A stretch of DNA of 64,000 nucleotides, from NCBI GenBank assembly GCA_052426225.1, contig JBNJNM010000021.1, positions 558,001 through 622,000 on the forward strand, written 5' to 3'. The translations under genes were made by a program, and so were the position numbers. Each line of letters starts with the position of its first letter. Position 1 is the first letter of the stretch. Of this stretch, positions 22,368 through 33,115 are shown one piece after another. A model generated the notes under the pieces. It had not been told where the DNA came from, ran no database searches, and was given only the letters and a program-made list of their open reading frames with translations. The DNA is from Zancudomyces culisetae HAW-14-8 (taxonomy: Eukaryota > Fungi > Kickxellomycota).

Positions 22368-25300
22368 TTATTCGGTAGTACCACCTGATGTCTTGTTCAG
22401 AACAAAGGAAGAAAGAGTTCCCTTATCAAGAACCATAGTATAGTCATAATCAATTACAGTATTGAGTCTGTGAGCAATAGTTATGATGGAACAGCCATGT
22501 ACAGAGTTTAGCGATTTGATGGCAGAAATCAGCGAACGTTCAGTATGATAGTCAATAGAAGCAGTGGCTTCATCCAGAATAATGATTTTGGATTTGCGCA
22601 ATAGGGCACGCGTTAGACTAACCAATTGTTTCTGACCGGTGGATAAATTAGAACCTTTTTCCTGGATCATAAAATCAAGCGAGTCAATATTGGTTCCGTG
22701 GAACAAATTGGTTTGCTCAATAGCGTTTAGTATGTACTCGTTGGTATATTCATCAAAGAGATCCAAGTTATGTCGCAGCGATCCCGAGAATAGCAATGGG
22801 TCCTGTGGAATGATGGTAATGCTTTGGCGCAGCTGAGACAAAGAAACAGACGCAATATCGACACCATCAATCAGGATTTGAGATCCCTGCATACTCTCAA
22901 CCAACCTAAGCAAAGCTAGAGTTAGAGTAGATTTGCCTGAACCAGTGCGGCCAACAACAGCCAGAGTCTTTCCCGCAGGTAGTGTAAAGCTTATGTTTTT
23001 GAGAGCCAAGGTCTTGCTAGAGTCATATTTTACACAAAGGTTTTTTACAACCAACTCACCAGTAGAAGGCCACGCTGAAGTGTCATCAATGGTATTAAGT
23101 TGTGGTGGTGTAGCTGATAATATTTGAATTTGTTGAGGCAGTCTGTCTTCAAAGTACTGGGAAATACGCTCCATACAGTTCATACTGAGTTCTAGCTCAC
23201 CGTAATCACGAACTATCCACATCACATGAGAACTAAAAGTCAATGCATAGCTCAGAGTGAATCCCGCAAGACCAGCATCAATGCCACCTTCTGCAAAATC
23301 GACAGCAAGCACAATCAAAAGAGCTGAGAAAAAGCCAACCAGAGATCCAATGGAATCGGTGGTGACGCCAATCCATCGGTTTAGAGCCCACTCTAGGTAG
23401 TAGGATCTATTGTTGGTATCAACTCTTCTAGCAACTTCTAAAATGTAGTCATGAGATTTGTTGAAGCATCTGATAACAGAGCTGCCCGACCCGCCGAGCT
23501 CGACAAAAATACTGATCAAGGGAGAAATAGTATTTGAATCCAAGCGCTTGACCTCCCTAGTCGCTGTCAGGTATTTAATCGAGCTTTTGACAAAGAAAAC
23601 TGCAATCAGAGCGGCAACAACAACAAACATAGGAACCACAGATACAATTACAGCCAGAACAGTGAAGGAGCTGATGACGTTAACTAGCATGTAACTGAAA
23701 TTTTCAACTGTGCGTTCATCCAATCGCATTGTATCACGTGAAAACCTGTTTAAAATTCGACCAACTGGCGTAACATCAAAGAAAGAGGGGATAGCATTCG
23801 CAACTGAACGAATGAGTCGTAGATGTACATCGCGACTACTCCGCAAACCTCCCTTGAACAAAACGTAGTTGGAAAGCTGCTGCAACGCAATAAAGATTAA
23901 GCCGGTAAGTAGATACACTTGTAGGTAGTAAAGAGCAGTGCGGATGTTTTTATCATTGTCACCAGACTGTGGCTGTTGTAGCCAAATTCTTATCCAGTAG
24001 TTTTGGAAAATATACATCAATCTACTAGCTATCGCTAGAACCACAACAGTGATCCAGAAGTTGCTGCCTCCCAATGAGGTCAAGTATGTTTTCCACACGT
24101 TAAGCTTCAGGCTGCCATACTCACGCTCTTCCTCACCCTCACCTTCCTCTTCACCATCTTCCTCATTACCAACAAAAACAGGTCCATCTGTACCTGCTAG
24201 ACCATGTGAAGATGGTTGTGAAGCCGCTAACAGTTTTTGTTCAAGTCGTTGTTTATTGTATTGGTCTTCAGTCATCTGATCTGCTTTTTGTAGAGTCGAT
24301 GGTTCATTTTTATCGGATTCTCGTCGTTTAGCTGCAGTCCCTTTACTTTTCTTTGATTTTCCTTTTCTTTTGGATTTTGCAGGTTGGTTATTTTCAAAAG
24401 ATATGCTAGACAGGTAGGTGAATTTGCTTGTGTCACTTCCTTGTTCAACAATCTTTCCTTCTTTCATAACCACAACCCAGCCGGCATAATTGACAACCAA
24501 ATCAATCATATGAGTTACCAGAACCACTGTTCTTCCCTCCATTATTTTGTTTCTGCTGCTAGGATCAAAACAGCTGTGTACTATATGATGAGCTGTCTGA
24601 GAATCTACGGCTGACAACACATCATCTAGCAGCAAATACTGTGCTTGTGAATACAGTGCTCGTGCCAAACTGATTCTTTGTTTTTGTCCTCCAGATAGCG
24701 TGATTCCGCGCTCACCGACTTGACTCTGGTCACCATTAACCAACTGTCTGAAATCTGCCTTTAATGCAGTCATCTTCAGTACCTGCTCATATCTCTCAAC
24801 GTCGTACTCAGACCCAAACAGAATATTGTCTCGTACAGTTGCGTTTCTCAACCATGATTCCTGAGGCACATATCCAATCATAGCATTCATGCCAAGTCCT
24901 GGATGTGTTGCCATTACTGTTGATGTGGTAGCTGTCGGGTATTTGATATATCCATCAACCAATTTCATCTCTCCTATCAATGCTCGCAATATTGAAGTCT
25001 TTCCTGACCCTATCTTTCCTGCTATAATAGTCAATTTGTTCTTTGGAAACTTTATATTCAAGTTTCTCAACTTGAAATTGGATTTTTTATCTCCATCGGA
25101 ACCTGTGCTACCATGATCATTTTCATCGTTAGCTGATAGTGATACTGTTGTAGACGAGCTTGGAGTTGCAGCTGGTGTCAACAATGGTGTATTTTCGTCA
25201 GCTTTATCTTTCTTTTGACTTCGTGAATAGTCCCATGACAACGTTGCATCAATAAATCCAAAATCATACTCATTACGAGTAGCTGCATCCTTAGAAGAAT

Positions 25301-27335
25301 CGCTGCTCTCGCTTGTGTGCTTTCGTTTCATATCCGGAAGATTATAGCTTTCATTGCCTATAAATCCTTCAATTCTTCTCAGTGAAACCAATCCACCAAG
25401 TGACCATGTCAAAAATCCTGGATACATATCAAAGACTGTCTTTAAAATAGAAAAGACTGCAAGCGAAGTAAACGCCACGCTACTAGTCATTTCATTTTTC
25501 AAAACCACTGCATATATCACAAATGATCCATACAACACCAACATGGGTAGAATTGACGATCCCACTCCCACAACCACCCACATCTTGAGGAATTTCCATA
25601 AATACTCCAACTGTTTTGAACGAAGGTTTGTTATTTTGTCCACAAATTTATCTTCCCATCCAAATAATTTTACCGCTCGCATACCGCCTATCATCTCTCC
25701 AATTGCCACCATTCGTTTATCTGACACCAAATTCAACTTGGTCTCCAAATCTACCATGTAGTTGAATATCATCTTTGTAAATGGATAATAACAAATCATA
25801 ATCAGTACCCCGCACAACGATGCTGGTCCCAAAAGCATGTAAAGGTATGCTATTCCTACAAATGCTTGTATCGGAAGCATTACTAAAAAGTCCAAATACG
25901 CCGCCACTTCTGTCACTCTCGACAAGTCTGTGCTGACCAAGTTCAGTATCTTTCGTCTGCTATTCTCCTCTGCATCACCATCGTCATTTTTTTGTTTCTC
26001 GTCTTTTTCGGTAGGTCCAATATCACTGGTTGAATCAATTGAATTCAGCGCCTTATCTGCTATCTCACAACTGAGTGCATTTTTCAATTTAATGGATAAT
26101 CTTCTTCCGATCCACAATGATTGCCCTTCCAAAAGATATTGAATTGTCGTAAATATCAACATCCCAACACAATATCCATATATCACACTCCGATTACTTT
26201 CCACGCCCCCCTCATTATTCTTATCCTCCAAGTACGTCAATATTTTGTTTAAAAAAAATGGTCCGCTAAACTTGACTATTGTAAGCATAAATCCAATAGA
26301 AAACTGCCGGATAAATTCCCATCGAAGATAGAGTATAGACTTGATTAGCAACGAGCTGTTACGATATCGTTTTTTGGTGGCTGCATATTCTTCCCAATTG
26401 GATCCCGGAAGATCTTTGCCCTGGAATTTAAACAAATCTATATAATCCAATTTTATCCGACCGGCTTCTTTCACAACATTATTTAGCCACGCGAAATACA
26501 ATCGTGATATAAATGATGCAGAATATTCTGGTGTTTCCACTAGCTTTGTTGCACTGGTATATACATTTCCTCCCATTCTTTTGGTCGCTTCACCTCCATC
26601 TTGTTGCTGTACAAGTGGGCTTTCCACTTTTTCTATCCTCACCTTATTGTATGTGAGCCCCACTAGAAGCGCATTTACAACAACAGCTAAAAATCTTAAT
26701 ATTGAAAATCCCATCGCATTGGTAAATCTGCCATTTTCTTGTTCAAACCCACTCACAAGCACATCAATCAATCTGTACAGTTCATACACACTACTTGCAA
26801 ACATGAAAATAACGGTCTGTACATTTACCAATGTTGTTCTTTGTCCAAATATCCTTCCTTCACTACTTGTGCTGGAGGATACCTTACAAAGCGTATACAC
26901 ACCCATAATTGACCATGCTAGCGCCATCCGAATTGCACCCTGTTCTTTATCGGCGTCTTCATCCGTGTCTTGGTGGAGTGCCTGTTTCCAGTACAATACG
27001 CTCGCCAATACCGTTAGCCCAAAACTCATAATTATAGTCTTTCTCCAATTGTCTCTAGCTCTAGTTACCGGTTCGTCAACATCCTTTTCACCCAGTTTTA
27101 ACGAGCCACTGGCCGCATTTCGATCGTCTTTGTTGCTTATAAAATCATCAATCTGTTTGTAAATGCTTTCGCCCTCTATCCCTCGAGTTCCATCCCCTTC
27201 CTCAAGAGTTGTAGGTCCCCTATTGCTTAAACCCTTGCGCAAAAATTTTGCTGTTTTGAATCCTAATCCAACTACCGTCCAGCATACTATAGCTGTCGAT
27301 AATCCGTTCAGGAAACTTTCTTGTTGCATACTCAT
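22368..27335 (-). CDS. ABCC (MRP/Ycf1/Ybt1-type) full-length ABC transporter
   Basis: N-terminal TM extension; PEYSASFISRLYFAWL L0-like segment; NBD1 GKIGSGKT/LSGGQKQR/LLLDD; NBD2 GRTGSGKS/LSTGQ/IILDEATA/IAHRL. First ATG at 27335. Confidence 0.93.
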   Translation of the reverse strand: MSMQQESFLNGLSTAIVCWTVVGLGFKTAKFLRKGLSNRGPTTLEEGDGTRGIEGESIYKQIDDFISNKDDRNAASGSLKLGEKDVDEPVTRARDNWRKTIIMSFGLTVLASVLYWKQALHQDTDEDADKEQGAIRMALAWSIMGVYTLCKVSSSTSSEGRIFGQRTTLVNVQTVIFMFASSVYELYRLIDVLVSGFEQENGRFTNAMGFSILRFLAVVVNALLVGLTYNKVRIEKVESPLVQQQDGGEATKRMGGNVYTSATKLVETPEYSASFISRLYFAWLNNVVKEAGRIKLDYIDLFKFQGKDLPGSNWEEYAATKKRYRNSSLLIKSILYLRWEFIRQFSIGFMLTIVKFSGPFFLNKILTYLEDKNNEGGVESNRSVIYGYCVGMLIFTTIQYLLEGQSLWIGRRLSIKLKNALSCEIADKALNSIDSTSDIGPTEKDEKQKNDDGDAEENSRRKILNLVSTDLSRVTEVAAYLDFLVMLPIQAFVGIAYLYMLLGPASLCGVLIMICYYPFTKMIFNYMVDLETKLNLVSDKRMVAIGEMIGGMRAVKLFGWEDKFVDKITNLRSKQLEYLWKFLKMWVVVGVGSSILPMLVLYGSFVIYAVVLKNEMTSSVAFTSLAVFSILKTVFDMYPGFLTWSLGGLVSLRRIEGFIGNESYNLPDMKRKHTSESSDSSKDAATRNEYDFGFIDATLSWDYSRSQKKDKADENTPLLTPAATPSSSTTVSLSANDENDHGSTGSDGDKKSNFKLRNLNIKFPKNKLTIIAGKIGSGKTSILRALIGEMKLVDGYIKYPTATTSTVMATHPGLGMNAMIGYVPQESWLRNATVRDNILFGSEYDVERYEQVLKMTALKADFRQLVNGDQSQVGERGITLSGGQKQRISLARALYSQAQYLLLDDVLSAVDSQTAHHIVHSCFDPSSRNKIMEGRTVVLVTHMIDLVVNYAGWVVVMKEGKIVEQGSDTSKFTYLSSISFENNQPAKSKRKGKSKKSKGTAAKRRESDKNEPSTLQKADQMTEDQYNKQRLEQKLLAASQPSSHGLAGTDGPVFVGNEEDGEEEGEGEEEREYGSLKLNVWKTYLTSLGGSNFWITVVVLAIASRLMYIFQNYWIRIWLQQPQSGDNDKNIRTALYYLQVYLLTGLIFIALQQLSNYVLFKGGLRSSRDVHLRLIRSVANAIPSFFDVTPVGRILNRFSRDTMRLDERTVENFSYMLVNVISSFTVLAVIVSVVPMFVVVAALIAVFFVKSSIKYLTATREVKRLDSNTISPLISIFVELGGSGSSVIRCFNKSHDYILEVARRVDTNNRSYYLEWALNRWIGVTTDSIGSLVGFFSALLIVLAVDFAEGGIDAGLAGFTLSYALTFSSHVMWIVRDYGELELSMNCMERISQYFEDRLPQQIQILSATPPQLNTIDDTSAWPSTGELVVKNLCVKYDSSKTLALKNISFTLPAGKTLAVVGRTGSGKSTLTLALLRLVESMQGSQILIDGVDIASVSLSQLRQSITIIPQDPLLFSGSLRHNLDLFDEYTNEYILNAIEQTNLFHGTNIDSLDFMIQEKGSNLSTGQKQLVSLTRALLRKSKIIILDEATASIDYHTERSLISAIKSLNSVHGCSIITIAHRLNTVIDYDYTMVLDKGTLSSFVLNKTSGGTTE

Positions 27336-29360
27336 TTCTCTTTGCAATTTTACTTTTGTTGTATTCTTATTCTTTTCCTTTTTCTTGTCCTTGCACTCTA
27401 CTCTATATCTACGTTTTTAGAAGATTAATTGAGGAGGAAAAAGTTCTAAAATCTAGAAATATTCAAGTTTATCGTTCAAAATTTCAATAACCGTGATTCC
27501 TATTCGACTCATTCAAAACTATATACAAGATTGATCAAAATTGATCGCGTTAAACCACAAAGAATTAGCTGAATGAAAACCCTGCGCTCAAAGCTTCTTC
27601 TTGGTATTAGCCTCTTTGAATTTTTTTTAAGGGCTTTTTCTTTCCCTCAATATCAGTTTATTTCTTAATTTCTAAGGAAAAGCTTTAGTTTAAATAGTAA
27701 ATCTGAAATAGTGAGCGGAGGAGGCTTGAAAGGAAAAAAAAATCCTGAAAAAAAAAATTACTGCGGATAATTTAAGGTGTTGTGGTACAGTAAGTACAGT
27801 TGTGCCATTTTTTTATTTTTTTTTCCTTTTCCGCAGTTTCTAGCTCGAAACTAGAAAAAAAAAATTTTTTTTTTGTTTAGATTTTTCAGGTAAGCAAACA
27901 AATAATCACAGTGTATTTAAAAAGAGAACATATGAATAAAAGGATTTTTGAGTTATGAAGGAGATAATTGGCATTGAAAAAAAAAATAGCAATTGACACT
28001 AGCTATTGGTTAAATATTATTAGGTGATAAGATTAATCCCCATTATTATTCTAGCGTCAATCAAAGTTGGAATAAAGCCATTAGATTTTCCTGGACAGAA
28101 GGATATATAAAAGATAAACTACCCAAAAAAGGTGGTGTAATACTGCGTGGTTGGTGCCTATAAATATACTAACACGATTCTCTCTTTAGATGCACAGCGC
28201 ACTGTGCCACTAAAGGATCTCGACATTTCAATATTTCTAGAACATTAGTTCATCATTGCGGAACAATAAAATCCATTCTGTGATATTAACAGTAGTAGTA
28301 TATACCTAGCACCAATTGTAAAAAAAACAAACAAGTTGAATGAGCTTTAACATATTGACCCTCAATACATATTTGTGATACCTAGAGTTCAATCTAGTTC
28401 AATCTAGATAAATCTCTTTGTAAAGTATCGAAGTAGACATATTTGAAAACATCTCCAGTTGTAGGTGAGGTACACCATTATATCGCATTATCGATCTAGA
28501 GCTTCCAGTCTGTTTAATTCCGCCTCCCTTCAACAACAACAATACTCATCTTTTTTTATAATCGTTAAAGAGTAAGACAAGACCTGTTATATATTTTTTC
28601 AAAGAGTTTCTCTTTTTTTCTTACTTCATAAACAATGAAATAAGAAAGAAAAAGTAGTTGAATTAACAACATTCCAAGATATATATATCAAGATTTTTTT
28701 AATTCGGATAGATGGAAATGCAATCCAGATTAACAGTCCAACCAAGTACTGGTCGCGTTGTAAGTTTAGTATTCTCATATAAGACCACTTTTTTATAGAG
28801 TTTGTACTGGATTTTTTTCATTCCTATTATTTGATTTTTTGTTGATGCTTGGAGATCAAGGAAATAGGGAAAAAAAAACATCAGGGATTAATTAGTAAGC
28901 AGTGGAGTTTGTATTTCAAATCAACTGTAGCTAGTATTTAAATCCCCTTGTCAAATCAATCTCTTTTATCTTTTTTTTGTTTAAGCAATAAACGAGTTCC
29001 GAAATACAAGCGCCAAATTAAATACTGGAAAGATAGAAATAGTAAAAAATTAATGGCATTTTTTTGGATTGTCTTGCATTCCATATTTAATTTACAACGT
29101 GGAAACTCTAGGCAAAAGTTGAAACATAAAGGTGTATTTGTATTTAAATTTCATTTTTGGTTTAGGAGCAAATCGAATGACACAGAATAAAATGGAATAG
29201 ATATGCTTGGTAAAATAGAAGTCTCGATACATCAATTATTTTAAAAAAAAGTATATAACAAGCAAGTATTTTACAAAAATAAATCAGAAAATAAAAATAT
29301 TCCAAATTCCAATAGTTTAATCATATACTAATACATAACTTGGTATAACAAACAGCAAAA

Positions 29361-29807
29361 ATGGTAGATCTAAACGGTGATTACAGATACAATATTTTGG
29401 CAGCAGCAGCCATGCTCCTCCAGTGCCAACTAGCAGGTGTAGCTTGCGGACATTCAAGAAGAAAGTACAAGATTGACTATCCAGATATGGGATGTGGAAG
29501 ATATGCCTCCAAACTGTCAGACAAAGAGTGGGTAGAATTCAACTCTGCCATCAGAGTTCACCAAAACTATGTTGAACAGCTTCCAATTGCTGTAGGCGGA
29601 GTATTGTTGGGTGGATTGTACTTCCCCAGATTCTCTGCTGCTCTTGGTGCCGTCTATGTGGTTGGCCGTTTCTTGTATGCCCAGGGATATACCAAATTTG
29701 GACCAAAGGGTCGCATGGCAGGAGCTATCACTGCAAACCTTAGTGCTATTGCCAACCTTGTAACATCCTTTGTAGGAGTTTATTTTGCTTTTAAAAACGG
29801 CAATTAA
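29361..29807 (+). CDS. MAPEG family membrane protein (microsomal glutathione S-transferase 3-like)
   Basis: RRKYKIDYP, FNSAIRVHQNYVE (MGST3-type FNC.QRAH.N..E), GRFLYAQGY, four hydrophobic helices, 148 aa. Confidence 0.9.
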   Translation: MVDLNGDYRYNILAAAAMLLQCQLAGVACGHSRRKYKIDYPDMGCGRYASKLSDKEWVEFNSAIRVHQNYVEQLPIAVGGVLLGGLYFPRFSAALGAVYVVGRFLYAQGYTKFGPKGRMAGAITANLSAIANLVTSFVGVYFAFKNGN

Positions 29808-30843
29808 TCTAGCCTCCTTCTATAATGATCAATTTACTATAATTTGTTATTAATATTTTTCTTTCTTTTATTTCCTTTTGAATAGTTTTTTAATAAACTG
29901 AAAAACTATGTAACTAAACACACATGTTTATAATCGTTTTGGTTCAAGTGAGAAAATAACTCTGGGTGCATAAAATCAGCGATGAACAAAGTGAAAAGAA
30001 AAATGATACATTCCCATATGGTTTCAGAAATGTTTTCTGGGGCATATACACTCTAATTATTATTACATGTATTTAAACCGATCCTGTTATTCATAGTGAC
30101 TCTACTAGTACTGTACAAAAATGTACAAGAAAATATCTTTGGCCACGTATTGCCAAGAACAGTTTAGTTGAAGGTTAAAAAAAAAACAGCACTAATTAAT
30201 AATACTTTGCACAGGACATGACAATTCCACATTCTATTTTCTTTTAAAAATGTAAGGAATTAAATGGTTCTTGCATTATTTTAATTATTTAATAGTTGGA
30301 TAATTTAATTGGTTAAGCATCTAGCACACTTTTGCTTTTATACACACAAATCTTTTCCACCACCACCACCACCACCTCCTCTTCCTCTACTTTATTTCTT
30401 CTCAACTTCCTTCTTTCCAACCTTTTTTTCTCGTCTTATTTCTGCATCATTTCAGTATAATTTGGTAAAAGTCTATAAAGCAAATAAAGGGAGAAAGAAT
30501 AAAAGTAGGAAATGATTGATTGGAATGGTTTATTGATGAAAATTGTTATACCAAGAAAATTTATCACAACGATTCCAAAATATTCTTTAAAAAAATTTTT
30601 TTTTTTTTTTTACTCGCTAACGATTTATGGTGGTAAATTATGATTTAGCAAAGTATCGATTTATAAGTTTTTAGATAAAGCATAAAAAAAAAAGAACAGC
30701 AAAAAAAAAAAGTACAAGCTCTTAGATACATAAAAAATAAATAGGGTTGTGAAGTAAAATATAACTTTTTAAAATTTCAAATTATACAAAAAAAAAAGTA
30801 AAAAAAAAATATAGAATAGAATAAAACTAAAGTAGAATAAAAG

Positions 30844-32166
30844 ATGTATTCGGGAATATACAAAAGAGTAGTACTAAGGACAGGACCTAGCCTTATAAGC
30901 AAAAAAATAGTAAATCCACAGGTACAAGTACTTGCACCAATTGGGGTCAAGTTGTATTCAAATGGAGGGCATGTGAGTCCAATAAAGGCATTCGCAGATT
31001 CGCTAAAGAAACAAATGAAGGAGAATCAGGAATTCAAGGATAGTGTCAAACTGATTGGCGACAAGACCTCGGCAGTAACAGAATCCGAATCGATGCAAAA
31101 AGCCAAGGAGGCAACATCAAAGAGTGCGGAGGCAATTAAAAAGACGGTAGTGGCAGTTGGGGGAGTGTTGGGAGAGGGGATTAGTAAAGTGGCGGATTCA
31201 CAAGTGGCTAAAGCTACGGGGAGTGCAATTGCCAGTACAGCAAAGGTAGTGGAAAATGTGGCGTCTGTGGCGGCAGAACCGATTAAAAAGACACAAGTAT
31301 ACAAGAGTGTAGCGAGTAATGTTAGTTCATACGTGGATGAGGTTGGTGGGAGATATGGAGGGTATACGGACAAGGAGAAGCGAAGGGCGAACCGAGTGTT
31401 GAGTACAACAAACCGAGCAAAGACATTTGAGGAGTACAGAAAGGGGAAAGGAAGAGTAGTTAAGGCGAATCCAGAGTCGGGACAAGGGATGGTGTTGCAC
31501 CATGATTCGAAGTGGAAAGAAAGTTGGGAGAATTTCAAGGCGAATAGTTCAGTTATGCAGGGGATATTCAATGCACAAAAGAAGCTTGGAGAGAGTGAGA
31601 ATCCAGTGGTGGAATTTGGACGGAATATAAAGGAGAGAATAGGAGGAGTGTTTGGATTTTTTGTGAATGAGACAGAGTCAGCGACAGCATTGCGAACGAT
31701 TAGAGATACAATCGATTATGAATTTACAATAGACAAGTTTTTGAAAGAGCTGCGGGAATATATAATTCCAGAGGTGATGGATGCGTACTTGAATGGAGAT
31801 GTTGGTACGTTGAAGGAATGGTGTTCTGAGGCTAGCTATAATGTATTGAGTGCAATAATTACAGCACAACAGCAGCAAGGGTTAATCTCAGACTGTAAGA
31901 TATTAGACTTGAGACACGTGGATTTCCATTCGGCAAAGATTTTGGATAATGATGTACCAGTGATTATCATTACCTTCCAAACACAGGAAAACAATGTGTT
32001 TAGAAATGCAATAAGCAATGAAATAGTATCGGGAAGAGAGGATTTGATTGAAGCGTGTACTTATGTGGCTATATTTACCAAGATTGTTGAAAACATGGAT
32101 AATCCAATTACAGCAGGATGGAAGATGATTGATTTGGCAAAGAATTCTTCTAGACCCACTTGGTAA
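30844..32166 (+). CDS. TIM44: Mitochondrial import inner membrane translocase Tim44
   Basis: Basic presequence, coiled coil, and C-terminal Tim44 domain (FLKELREYIIPEV..LKEWCSEASYN..KILD..PVIIITFQTQE..GWK). Confidence 0.95.
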   Translation: MYSGIYKRVVLRTGPSLISKKIVNPQVQVLAPIGVKLYSNGGHVSPIKAFADSLKKQMKENQEFKDSVKLIGDKTSAVTESESMQKAKEATSKSAEAIKKTVVAVGGVLGEGISKVADSQVAKATGSAIASTAKVVENVASVAAEPIKKTQVYKSVASNVSSYVDEVGGRYGGYTDKEKRRANRVLSTTNRAKTFEEYRKGKGRVVKANPESGQGMVLHHDSKWKESWENFKANSSVMQGIFNAQKKLGESENPVVEFGRNIKERIGGVFGFFVNETESATALRTIRDTIDYEFTIDKFLKELREYIIPEVMDAYLNGDVGTLKEWCSEASYNVLSAIITAQQQQGLISDCKILDLRHVDFHSAKILDNDVPVIIITFQTQENNVFRNAISNEIVSGREDLIEACTYVAIFTKIVENMDNPITAGWKMIDLAKNSSRPTW

Positions 32167-32431
32167 TAAAAGAAAAAGAAAAAGAAAGAAAGGGAGGGCG
32201 AGGGGAATCATATTTTATAACATATACATACATTTTATATATCTATAACGTTTGCTAGTATAATTTATTTGTTGTTGAGACTTGTTAGTATTTCTAAATA
32301 AAAGAAGAATTTATTTTCTCGGTAAAGTGAAAAAAAAATGATAGAGTACCAACAACAAAAAGATAAAGTCTTTAAAGTATTTGGTTTTTAGTTTGAAGAT
32401 TAAAGTTTAAAGCATTCGATATATATATTTT

Positions 32432-32749
32432 TTACCAACTAGATTTTTGTACACCAGGTAAATCACCTCTAAGAGCCTTTAATCTAAATTGAAATCTACA
32501 AAGTTTCCAATCGCTCATAACACCACGACCACGACCGGTTTCGACACAACGGTTTTTGGTAAAAGTAGGGTTTGCGGAATGAGGAAAGTTTTCGGTTAGG
32601 GCAAACATGGCTTGCATGCGGACTCGGGTGGAATTCTGGGGATTGCGGTTGATGTACCTGTAGATTAGTCTTTCGGTTTCGGATTTTTGGATGAGTTGGC
32701 GCGACTTGATTGATCTTAGTGTTCTGGCGTTGAAATCTAGAATACCCAT
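32432..32749 (-). CDS. MRP2: Mitochondrial ribosomal protein uS14m
   Basis: KNRCVETGRGRGVMSDWKLCRFQFRLKALRGDLPGVQKSSW is the S14 signature. Confidence 0.95.
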   Translation of the reverse strand: MGILDFNARTLRSIKSRQLIQKSETERLIYRYINRNPQNSTRVRMQAMFALTENFPHSANPTFTKNRCVETGRGRGVMSDWKLCRFQFRLKALRGDLPGVQKSSW

Positions 32750-33115
32750 TGTTGTATATTTTTTTTGTCTTTGATTTAATTGAATTGGGTTTGAATTGAT
32801 TTATTTATTTTTCTTTTGGTAAAAAAAAAAAAAAAAAAAGAAGGATTACAAGTATATTGAAATAATTGGAATAACAATTCTTTATTTTATCAGTTAATCA
32901 ATTTAACGATTTTAGCTTTGATATTTAGTAGTTTTGTAATTTTTTTTTTCATTATAGAAAATATATAGGAGGGAATCTTGATTAATCAAGAATAAATGAA
33001 TTACAAATTGTAATTAAAAAATTTTTTTTAATTTAATTTTGAAAATATTAGTATTAATAATGATGCAAAAAAATAAAAATAAAATAAAATAAAAAAATCT
33101 AAGTTAAAAAGGGGT

